Positions 23,557-34,240 of a stretch of 64,000 nucleotides of DNA are shown piece by piece. Each line of letters opens with the position of its first letter. The stretch's first letter is position 1. A model generated the notes under the pieces. It was not told where the DNA came from. It ran no database searches and saw only the letters and a program-made list of their open reading frames with translations. The position numbers and the translations under genes are program-made. The DNA comes from Eutreptiella sp. 'Long Island Sound 2002' (lineage: Eukaryota; Protista; Euglenida): contig OZ038378.1 in assembly GCA_964036045.1 (NCBI GenBank), positions 10,602,001 through 10,666,000 of the forward strand, read 5' to 3'.

Positions 23557-23700
23557 TAGCTTGCTCAGCACGAACCAGAAGGTGCCGGCGTTCTCAGAAC
23601 GGAGGAAGTGGGTGTAGTCAAAGTCCCCGAACAGCATGCGGAAGAACGACAGGACCGCGTTGCTGAGGGTATTGTACTGCATCTCGCTGTACCCGAGGGC
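23557..23700 (-). pseudogene. polycystin/TRP-channel-like pore fragment inside intron 1
   Basis: YNTLSNAVLSFFRMLFGDFDYTHF with strong GC3 codon bias; resembles PKD2-family pore helix F.T...s..tlFr..lGdfdy. Confidence 0.55.
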
Positions 23701-23933
23701 ACACACGTCCGCACACCCCACCCCACACCCCACATCTCTCCTCACACCCCACCGCACCCACCCCTCCCCACACCCACACCTGCCCACACCACGTGTCACA
23801 CCTCTCCACACCCACACCAAACCTCCTCACACCACACCAGACCTCCCAACACCACGTCACGCGTCCTCACAACCTGTGCTAGACCTCCCACTGCACTGCA
23901 CTGCACCCCACACACACCCACACACCACAGCAC

Positions 23934-24413
23934 CTGGGTGTTGCCAAACAGACGCATGAGGTCCATTGGCTGCATAAGGCCGATGGCACGGCGGAACTGC
24001 GGGTACGAAATGCGGTTGCCCTTGTCATGGTCTAGACTGCTGAACACCTTCTGCACATCCTCTGGGGTGGGGTTCAGCCCTACACGCTGCAAGGCAGACA
24101 GCAGGTTCCGCACATCAACAGCGCCTGCTTTCTCTACATCGATGTAGTCAAACAGATTGCGGAGGCCATCCTCCTTTGATAGAACAAACTGCGAAAAGTC
24201 ATCGTAATGCAGAACACCTTGGGAAGTCCTGTTTGCCTGGCGGAAGAACTCTGAGGCGTAGGATTGCGGGAGCCCAATTTTAGAGAGGGCATCGATGATA
24301 TCGGCGCGCTTGAGCTCGATAGACTGCGTCTTTTCGAGCTCAGTCTCGTAGACGATAGATATTGTATCAGTGCAATCATCCCCAGCGGATGTAACTTCGG
24401 GGCTTTCAGACAT
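23934..24413 (-). CDS. EF-hand/UCP-like SLC25 mitochondrial carrier gene, exon 1 (spliced product ~556 aa)
   Basis: ATG at 24413; EF-hand-like loops (NRTSQGVLHYDDF, DVEKAGAVDVRNL, DHDKGNRISYPQF); CAG|GTGCTG donor in phase 0 with exon 2. Confidence 0.8.
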
Positions 24414-25109
24414 TCTCCTTTGACAGAAACGGGCAGACGTGCTGACGCAAGGCTAGATGGTACTTCTGGTTTAGCACACTTGGCTGTGTTTTGTGGAGGC
24501 GTGCCTCCAGGCTGCAGACGGTGGCTGCTTGCTGGTGCAGTGCTTCGCTGCTCGTCATGCGGTGGTTGGCAGGGTACTGCGAGGGGGAGGGGATCCTTGC
24601 AGCACAAACTCTGGGGCGTTCCTGGAGATGGTGCACTTCTCACACAGGCTGACGAAACACTTGGACCGAGCTGGTAGAAGATGTGCTGGAACTTCCTGCA
24701 CACAGTGTGCACACCACACACTGCACTCTGTGCACTGTGCAGCACATTGCACACTGTGGACTCTGCACATTGCAACTTGCACTCTGCACACGTTGCAATG
24801 TGCACTTTGCAAGTTCAAGCCTTTTGGGGTTTTGTAGCCCCCCCCCTCGCACGGGGGGGGATCCAATGGGATGGTGGACTCCCCCAGCTTCAGGCGACAG
24901 ACCCTGGTTGGGGGCTGGGTCCTCCAGGAACCGCACACCTATTAATGAAGTCAGCTACACAGCATACTCCGCCCAGCAGATGTACAAGCGGGCAACAAGC
25001 CCAAGGCTAAGCCCAGCTTGTGCCAGGTAGACTAGGCCGCCCTTTCGCAGCAATCACTGCCATCACAATGCACCATAATTGAAGTCAGTACACATGAGGG
25101 TCAAAAAAG

Positions 25110-25590
25110 AGGTTGAAGGAGACAATGGCTGTAGGGCCCTGGCCCCACACAGGTCGAAGGGGTAGAGGATTTCATGGTCCAGCCACACAGCGGTCTAAGG
25201 CATTGATGGCCGGCAGCCCCGTACAGTTCAAAGGAGTCGCTTGCATGGGCCAGCACCACTGAGGTCGAAGGAGTTGATGGCCAAAGGGGCCAGCCCCAAG
25301 GAGGTCAAAGTAGTGGACAGCTCCAGGCCTAGCCCCATGGAGGTTGAAGGAGTCATACACTGTTGGCGCAGCCCCACAAGGGTGACAGACGGAGGTCGAT
25401 GGACGCAGCCCAGATGAGGGAGGTTGAGGGAGTTGTTGGCTGCAGAGACCAGCTGCACGGGGTTCAAAGGAATTGTTGCCACAGGGGCCCAGCCCCATGG
25501 AGGTCAAAGGAGTTGTTCGCTGCAGGGGCCACGGAGGATGAACGAGGTGTGGGCTATTGGGGCCCAGCCCCACAGAGGTGGAATGGCTAG
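25110..25590. repeat. degenerate ~41-bp tandem array (second array ~28700-29230)
   Basis: Unit like GGGGCCCAGCCCCATGGAGGTCAAAGGAGTTGTTGGCTGCA; spacing 40-41 bp at 25444/25484/25525. Confidence 0.7.
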
Positions 25591-25599
25591 ACAAATGTA

Positions 25600-25977
25600 C
25601 CCCCCCCCCCCTTGTCTAAGCTACGCCAAAGTACCAAATTAATACGGTCCCTACGCCTACTGTAGCTTGGACACGGGCGTAGCTTGCGCGCGACATATAC
25701 AACTACCGACACACACGTATTGCATGGTGAGCTAGTGCAAGAAGGGGGAATATAATGCACAAATACCCCCAAAATCAGAGTTATGTGGGTTCAAGTGGGC
25801 AAACACTCACAACAAATGTGTACATGACCCTATGTACCCGGCAAATTCGTCAAACCCATGTCTTATGTGGTTGCACTAAATTTGGTACCGAATTAAAATT
25901 AGGTACCAAATTAATACGGTCCCTACGCCTACTGTAGCTTGGACAAGGGCGTAGCTTAGACAAGGGGGGGGGGGGGG
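25600..25977. mobile_element. MITE with TA target duplication
   Basis: TIR poly-C+TTGTCTAAGCTACGCC / GGCGTAGCTTAGACAA+poly-G; TA at 25598-25599 and 25978-25979; internal ~55-bp direct repeat. Confidence 0.8.
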
Positions 25978-26719
25978 TACGCGCACCAAGGGAGGTGGCC
26001 TGGTCGAATCTTGACACCCAACCGGGTGCCAAAACTTTTGGGGGATCAATGGTCGGTTCCGATAGACTGAATGTCCCCGCCATAGACAATTCCAGCCATT
26101 AGTCCAGCAGTACTGCGAAGTCCAATCAATGCACGTGTCCCCTTCTTGGTTGGGGAGCTCCACTGTGTAAAGTACAGTGAGGCGTTTTTTGCGGATAGCT
26201 CTGCGGGTCACTTGAGTGCTTGTCCTTTCTGCCAACTCTAAAGAACAACCAGGATCAATAAAATAGCAGTCGTCCATAAGGTGTGGACTGCTTTATTGTA
26301 CTACTTGCAAACTGACTGGGCTGCATAGCATGGCACTCATTCGGCCTGTCTCCTTCAGTTGCTGTTTAGTTTCAAACAGAGCAGGGAGGAACATACAACA
26401 GGAGGAGAGGAGGGTGTGAGGGTGGTAAACTGGCGTGGAAACCACACGCCAGCAAATACAAAGCAGTTAGTCACGACTGCCTTCTGTGGAGCACGTGCGA
26501 GAGCTGAGCTGGCTTGCACTGTCAGTGTTTTCTGCACTCCATGAATCAGTGTCACAGTGACTGATGCCAGATGTTGTCGAGAGAGTGTCTGCCATGAGCG
26601 TAAGGTTGAGTGTAGTGAGGACCGCCTGTCCTTCAATGGAGTGAATGAGCGGAGGTGATGCCTGTGCGCCAAAATTAAGACGTTTCACCGGAAGCGGAGA
26701 GCTGTCTAGTGTAAGTAGC

Positions 26720-26974
26720 TTAGGCTTTTTTTGGGGCACGCGGTGTGCCAGCCACAGAGAGCAGCAGGGATGGGGTGCGTGGGTGAGGGAACCACGGGTG
26801 CAGTTGCCTGCCCTGGTCAGCCAGGCGGTCCGCCTCATTGTTACCTTCGATGGTTACATGTGAAGGTACTTTGACCCAATGAACAGTGCTTGGATTCTCA
26901 TCTAGTGCTGCCAGGAGCTGTTCCCACAGGGGGACGTTGGAGACTGGGCCACACGACCCTATCCACCCACGCAA
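26720..26974 (-). mobile_element. RNase H C-terminal fragment, probably from a non-LTR retrotransposon
   Basis: NVPLWEQLLAAL...VHWVKVPSHVTIEGNNEADRLADQG = RNase HI W.KV.sH....GNe.AD.LA motif. Confidence 0.75.
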
Positions 26975-27814
26975 GCTTTTGGGGGCCTGTAGGGGGGGGG
27001 GGGGGCGCTATGGGGGAGTGGGGGAGTTCCTAGGGGGTATGAATGGGGGGGGGGGGGGGTCAAGGCCTCGCCTGGTCGCCTACCCACGGTCCACGCCGCC
27101 TTCCCTGCCGGACCCGACTGGGCGGCCGTACCCGGGTGTCCGGTCACAAGGCCTACCGAACTGTTGACCGCCCCCAGACCCCGCGGTGGCGCTCGCGGGC
27201 GGGAGATGCCGCCGTGCCTGTGTGTATGTGCCCTTGTGTGTCTGAGGGTGGGGGGGGGGGGGGGGGCTGTGGCACACTTGCTCCATTGTTGTTCGGCGTT
27301 GGCGCACATGGCACGGGGAAGTGTGTGCCTGGTGCTCGAGGCCCCGGCAGGGAGGCTGGAGAGCCTAACGTTGAGCCTGCCGGGGGAGATGTGGGCCTGG
27401 GCTCGCAACCTCCACGTCACAAGGACAAGCTACCCAACCGCTCCACGACTGCCTGCCGGCATGGGAAGGCGGTGGTACTGGGCAAACCCGCACTCCTTGA
27501 CTGCCTTCGGCACAGGTGGTGCTGCCACGCGGGCTGGGTCCGGCTCCCCACGGCCAAGGGCGTACCCCGGGCAGGTGGAGGGGCATCAAGGCACAGAGAG
27601 TGCTTCCCTGGCCAGGGTGCCACCGGTGCTGGCTGCACTGGCTGCGGCGCTACAGCCTGCGTAGACGAGGGGGCCCAGAGGGCACCACACCCGAATGGCC
27701 TCTCCGTTGGCAGGGGGGGCAAGGGTTGGCTGGCGGCAGACTGGCCTCTAGTGGTCACCCACAACTGCACCAGAGTGCAAGGGGTTGTGCCGGCCCAGGT
27801 GGATGTGTTGAAGG

Positions 27815-27960
27815 GCCATGAGGCAACGGAAACTGGGTTCGCATACGCCCCCGTGTCATAGGCGCATGGTCATAACCACATTGTTCAATGTCATGCTTGC
27901 TGCACTGCAGCGTAGACCAGTTCTGTACCACACCAGGTGGTTGCTGACTGTGCATTGGCT
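27815..27960. repeat. dispersed repeat, copy at ~58205-58345
   Basis: GGCCATGAGGCAACGGA..CTGGG.TCGCATACGCCCCCGTGTCA.AGGCGCATGGTCAT...CTGCACTGCAGCG.AGACCAGTTCTG shared. Confidence 0.9.
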
Positions 27961-28699
27961 CTGCTCCTCTGAACAGTGAGGTCAGCTCGCACCCACCACC
28001 CACCCACAGTGCCGGTTGAAGGGGGGGGGGGGGGGTCAGGCACCCCGAATAGTTGGGTATGCGGCCCAGGTAGCCTGACTCATGCACCGCCCTTGTCCAA
28101 ATAGACAAATAGATGGGGTACCATCCGTTTGGGTATTTCCGGCAATGGGTGCCAGAAACCTCAAGGGAGGGTGTCATGAGGCGGCCATGGGGTGAGGTGC
28201 ACAGCATGGGGTTTGCGATACACAAGGGAGTGGGGCACTCATGGGGTTTGGTGTACAACATGGGGTTCGTGGTGTACAAAGGAGTGAGAAAAGGCAGCAA
28301 TTTTGAAAGGGAAAGAAGTCAGAATTTTTATTGTTCAAGGAACAGGGAAGGTTGCTTGCCTAATGCTAGCATGCTGCAAACCATGATGCATGTCAGAGAG
28401 TCACCACATTTGTATCAACAAGGGGTGAAAGGAATAGAAATGGGCACCAACAGGGCCGTACGCTCAGAATGGACATCGCGAAATCGGCACACGCGGCCCT
28501 TCTTGGCTCGTTTGCCCCATGCCATGTGCCCGGAAAAAATTCTTCGGCGCTTGTGGCGCCAATAATTTCCCCAAAATATCTCAATTTGGACAAAGACGAG
28601 TTCGAAAACTTTGGGGGTTCTGGAGGGAGGAGGGGGGGGGGGGGGAGGGTGTCAAGATTCGAACCAGCCACCCCCCTCGACGTGCACCACCCCATGAGG

Positions 28700-29230
28700 T
28701 CAAAGGATTAGTTGACTGCATGGGTGAGCCCCAAAGAGGTCAAGAGAGTCGATGGCTACGTGGGCCCAGCTCCAGGGTGGATGTACTAGCCGTTGGTTGT
28801 AGGAGCTAGTCCCATGGAGAACAAAAGATTTGTTGGCTCCCAGGGGCCAGCACCACAGAGGTCAAAAGAGTCTTCGGGTACATGCGCTCAACCTAATGGA
28901 GCCAGAAGGTGTTGATGGCCATTGAGGCCCAACACCACAAAAGTCGAAGGAGTCATTGGCTTTAGGGGCAACACCCCAGAGATGTGGACGAGTAGGTCAC
29001 TTACTATCGGTGCGCAACACCATGGAGGTCAAAGGAGTTATCACCTGCTGGGGCTCGGAAAGGGTGAGGGGGTTGATGGTTGTAGGGAGCCCATTCTAGG
29101 GAGGTTGAGAGAGTTGTTGGCTGCGGAGGCCTGCCCCATTAAGGTCAAAGGAGTCGGTGATTGCAGGGGCCCAGTGCAACGCCACACACACCAAATAAAT
29201 GGATGGCTACAGCGCTCCAACCCAAGGTCC
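28700..29230. repeat. second degenerate ~41-bp array
   Basis: Same GGAGGTCAAAGGAGT / GGCCCAGC motifs as 25110-25590. Confidence 0.65.
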
Positions 29231-32149
29231 AAGTAGTCGTAGGCTATTCGGGCCCAGTGGTTTGCCTACGAAAGTAAAGCTATATGCCGTTCCCACGAAT
29301 ATTATTTCTCCTCACCCCCCCCTACCGATCAACACTTCATGCGCCCACCTCCCTATGGCTGCCCCTTGCCTATGGACTATTGCGGCACAGAGGAACGAGA
29401 TGGTTGGGACTAAATGGGGGTAAATATCTTCCATACTCGCCCTCCCATGCAGCCACTGCGATAGTGCCTCACCTCCCTTGGGGAGGGGGGGGGGGGGCGG
29501 TTGGCCCTCGTGAGGGGGAGCAATGCACCAACCCCACGGCAAAGAGGGTTGCTTGCCTGCCCACGTAGAAGAACATGGTCCAGACCAACTACCGCGGGCA
29601 TCGCCATGGACTTTGGTGGCAAAAGTGGGGCGACCCATGCTTTCAAGCTTTCACAAATCTGACCGCCGATTTTTTTTGTCGCGGAAGGACTATCTTGGAC
29701 TTATTCCGGGGCGGTGGTTACAAAAAACCCCTCCGAATGCAAATCCTTCCGTTTTTTATTCGACTAGCCAAAGCCCGCTGCCCCAAAACCTTGCTCTGGG
29801 AGGTGTTTTTGGCACCAAACACGGCGGTGTTGCAAAATTAGGGGTGTTTTGACACGATCAAATTGATACCCACTTAGGCGGTCGCAATAACCTGTGTTTG
29901 CTTTTATGGACAATGGGACGAATTGTATAAGGAGAGGAAACAAGACAAAATGCAAAAACAAACAAAGTTGGGGCACATGCACGTCGGAAGCACCACGCCA
30001 CACATCGTTTGTCCATCCCCCTAGCCATGGCACAACCTTGTGACTCGTCACAGTATGTGTTGCCAAATCCAGTGGTGTGACGTAGTTGTTTCGAGTCGTT
30101 TTGTGTTTCGAGTCGTTTCGCGTTTCGAATTGCCTTGCCTACTATTACCCCACTACCTACTGCTTCTTGGCCTTCCCACCTTGGGAAGCCCGTGCTCACT
30201 TCTTGCCCTTGCTAGTACCAGAGGCACTGGCAGCAACAGCTGCAGCAGCAACAACAACAAAAACTCTACCAAACAAAAGGCAACAATCAAGAAGGGCAAG
30301 AAGCAAGCAGCGGCTTCAGAGGGTAGCACTTGCAATAGCAGCAGAAACCGGCCGCCAGCATACTCACACTGCTGCATGCACTACTATTGTGGCCACTGCT
30401 ACGGTTGTTGCCGCTAGTGTAGTTGTTGCTTTTGCACCCTCTGACCCACTAAGTGGCTAGTAGTATTTATCCTTCTGGTCATGTGCCTCCAAAACTGCTT
30501 CTCCTTCTCAATCTACAGCTTTAGCTACTTGGTGCGCTACTTTTTTCTTTTTGCGCGGCTGCCACCAATGCCAATAGCAACAAAGCATGCCAAACCACAG
30601 TCCCTCTCATTGTAAGAGCGGACTTGAATCACTTTGGATGAATCCTCCAACACCACGGCTGCACTTTGGCTAGCAGCAATAAGGCAGGCGGCGTGGCGTG
30701 ATGCCAAGGGACGGTCGTCTACCCCAACAGTGCGAATCAAAGCCTTGTGTGCATCGCATTTTTGCACCAAAGTCTCGCGAACACCCGACACACGGTGCAA
30801 TCCTTTGATTGCACTATGCTTGTCGGCATGATGTGTGTATGCTCGCTTTGCCAAGTTCATGAATCCCAACTTGAAATGTGGGGTGCTCGAAACGGCGTTG
30901 CATTCCTCGCACATCCATTCGCACATCGTTGGGTTGCGTGGCACCTCATGGCACAGAGTGCAACGCAATATTTCGCCAAATTCACCAACACATGCCTTTT
31001 TGGTACACGGGGGTCCAATGACATGATCACCCATGCCATCCACACACGTCCAGTGGACTGTTCTTGTATGCATGCTGCATCACATGGTTCTACCATGCAA
31101 GGCACTGGCATTGGTAATACCTAGTGGTAGGGCTCCTATGCACTTGTCATCTAACCGAGGGAGGAGCACCACATGTGAGTCGTTCGTTGCAACCTCATCT
31201 GCCCCATCACTCTCTTTAGGAGGGGGCACATCCTCCGTAGCCCGTCACGAGGCAGCAAAGAAAAATTGTGCCATAGGGACAACAGGCGCTTGGGCTTCAG
31301 GGGTGTGGTTATGCTTGCCCAGTGTCTCCGTGCAATGGGCGGCAAGCTGTTGTGTTTCCAGACCAGCCAAAACCAATAGATGCTCCCCACAAATACAAGT
31401 CAAATCATTTAGAGTACGGTCTACCAATGCAATGCTCAGCAGATAAGAAAGCGAAGGAAACAACATGTCTTAAATTCAAAGGAAAAGACAAACGTGCCAA
31501 CCATCTAAAATGCAAAGCAAACGACCCTCACAACTGACCTCTCCCCAAATCCAAATGATGAAGCACCATATGGACCGAGATGCATCCATGGGTTCACACA
31601 TTTCTTTACATGCCATGTGCAAAGGGGAAACCCAAACAAATGCGTTTCATTTGATGCCAAGAATTCAGTTTTTGCACCAAAAATTGTCCCGAAATGCAGA
31701 GCACAAAAAAACACCCTTACAAATGACCTCTCCTCTTACCCAAATCATGATGCACAATATCGAAATATTGAAATCGAGGGAAATGTAGTGTGCAAGCCTA
31801 GCACCCGTTTACAACGTGTTGTTGAGCAACAGGGGATCAAGTGCAAGGGCAACAGTGCACGAAGAGGTCACAGCAGTTTGAAGGCAGCGAAGGAGTGTTG
31901 TCGGGATAGTTGACATCACTGTTCATGTAGTTTGAAGTTTGATGAGGGGTTGTTCCTCACCACTGTGGCTATTCTACACACCAATGGTCAGTTACTGCGA
32001 TCAATATTGAAGCACGACAAGAAGGGCTGTGTAAGTGGATTTGGCGTTTTATCTTGGGAGGCTCTGAGCAGCTCAGCCCTTAGCACGGACGCTAGCAAGC
32101 AGTGCCAGAAAAACTAGGGGAATGCCATGGTATGGTTGCTCCTTGTGCA

Positions 32150-34240
32150 GACATGGTCCAGGTCAGTGACAACAACAGCAAGACCGGAATACTGAGCTTG
32201 GATAGCCAGCGGGTCCAGGAAGGTCTGGGGCTCATTTTCCTGGAACGCAAGCCATTTTCACCCGGTCCACCAGTAAAATTGTTCGTGTGGATGATGAGGG
32301 ACCAGCCTCCCTGACAGGCATGCCTGGAGCAGTGAGGCGGCAGGGGGGAAGGCTACCATAGGACCAGATGGGTGAAATGACAAAGGCAGGGATGGTTCGG
32401 CGGGTCATCATGCACGTGTCAAGGTAGAAGCTTGAGAGGCTCTTGGGTCAGACTTCAGTGTGGACAACCACCGCGGTCCACAACAGTGTACTTGAGAGGG
32501 GGTTTACGCATAACGCCAGCGGGGGTTGCACCTCCGATCCAGAGGCATCGGCTGACCAACCTGCGAATCTAACATCAGAGCAACGATGAAGCAGTCGTCG
32601 TTCCCATTTGGTACTCGTGTGCCACGCTCCCTCGCTGCCACGCCCATGTCAGTGGCCTGGGCCATAGTGATCCATTCCTGTTCCAAAATCCATTGGCCAT
32701 GCCGGTTCGAAGGTAAGTTCAGGGTGGGCAACACAAACGAGTAGGCTGCAGGCCGCGAATGCCACATCTGTGGACACTCCAAGCCGAACGGAGGGAGACA
32801 AGCAAAAAAAACAGCAACGTTTGGGTGGAATGCCCCAGGGTGAACGGGCTGGTTGGGTACTGCTGCGGCCATGGGCCGTGAATCAAATAGCAAATGCGGC
32901 TCAAAATGCGGAGGCCTGAACTAGAGCACAGAGAACCGTCTGTTGATGTTCGAGCCCAGCTGCCCAAGGGACAACAGGGCCCAAGCACCGTGCAGGTCAT
33001 TGCAGTCCGCGTAGATCTGCCCATAGCTGTACCTCCGTGGACAGCAACTCATCAGTCAGGCATTACCAGTGGGGGGCCCTGGGCGTTCAGACAGGGGGTT
33101 ATGGGTATGGGTATGGACAGAAGCCCTGCACCAAATACCGGGCGAGCACCGCCATGTGTCTCACTGCGGTGTACTGCGGTTGCCTCTTCGGACTCGTGAG
33201 GCATCCAGGGCACTGCCGTAGCCACGTGCCACGGACCACGTAGACGGGTCAAAGGGGTGTGCAATGCAGTGTGCTGTGTACTCTCACAGCAGTGGTTACC
33301 AGGGTGGCCCCTACCATCAGCCGACGGCTGTGGTTCCAAAAACCCTACACAGTCTCTCCCATGCCAAGAAATGCATGACTGTGTATGGCCCAATGCGCAA
33401 CCACTGTGGGAACGCCCCCTTGTAAAATGCAAACGGTCCCTCTTTCCGCAATGTCTGCAGCACCACGTCCAGTGACCCGCTGTACACCGCGTGCACTCCA
33501 GACTGCTGCGCAAATTGCTTGGCTGCCATGAGCCGCGTGCGTGTGAAGTCCAAGGGTGCCGTGGCAGCCACTGTCAAGAAACCTGCAGTGGCAGCCGCGC
33601 AAAACTCCTGGGGCACCCCGTCCAGCCCCAAACCTTTGAACATCGATTTGGCCTCGTCATACGACCCAAGCTTCACGGATCCCAGCACAACGGCGCGTGA
33701 GACTGTGAGGCTGGCACCCTGTGGTAGAGGGTTGCGCAACATAGCAGTGGAATTGTAACCATTGCAGAGGGTCATGGGGGACTATGAAGGGCGCTGGAGG
33801 GTTGTAGAATTTCTGAAACAATTGTAAGGGTGGCACAGCTTCTCGAGGGTGTTCCCACCATGTCGCCTGAGACAAATTCACCGCCAATACGAAAACTACC
33901 AGAGCCTCCATTTCTGCCTGCTGCTCAATTCTAGGGATCGCGTCAAGGCTACGGCTTCCAGATGTGCGCCCGAGGCGTTCTTGGTTACTATTTATTAGAC
34001 AAGGCGGCAGGTCCTCCATACGTGGAATGCCGGGCTATGGACACCGGGTCGGTGAGGTCATGGGATGTGACCAACTGCATCGGGGGTCTTGGAGTGGAGG
34101 TCCAAGAGGAGCAGGGCAATGGGCTGGGGAAGTGCCAGTAGTCCAGTAAGTACCGGATGGCACTGTGGGCAGAGGGATCAAATGCCTTGGTACTTCCGTG
34201 GACAGCAACTCATCAGTCAGGCATTACCAGTGGGGGGGCC
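32150..34240. repeat. duplicated segment copy 2, with two inversions relative to copy 1
   Basis: 32617-32712 is the reverse complement of parts of 13934-14077; ~34058-34190 is the reverse complement of ~15399-15535; followed by a re-copy of ~14371-14420. Confidence 0.9.
33317..33718 (-). pseudogene. orphan duplicate of carrier exon 4
   Basis: Translation identical to exon 4, acceptor intact, but no upstream carrier exons lie at higher coordinates in the window. Confidence 0.8.

Noticed and set aside
29860-32100. Cys/His-rich ORF fragments as a gene or transposase
   Set aside because: Fragmented over several frames with no motif I can assign.
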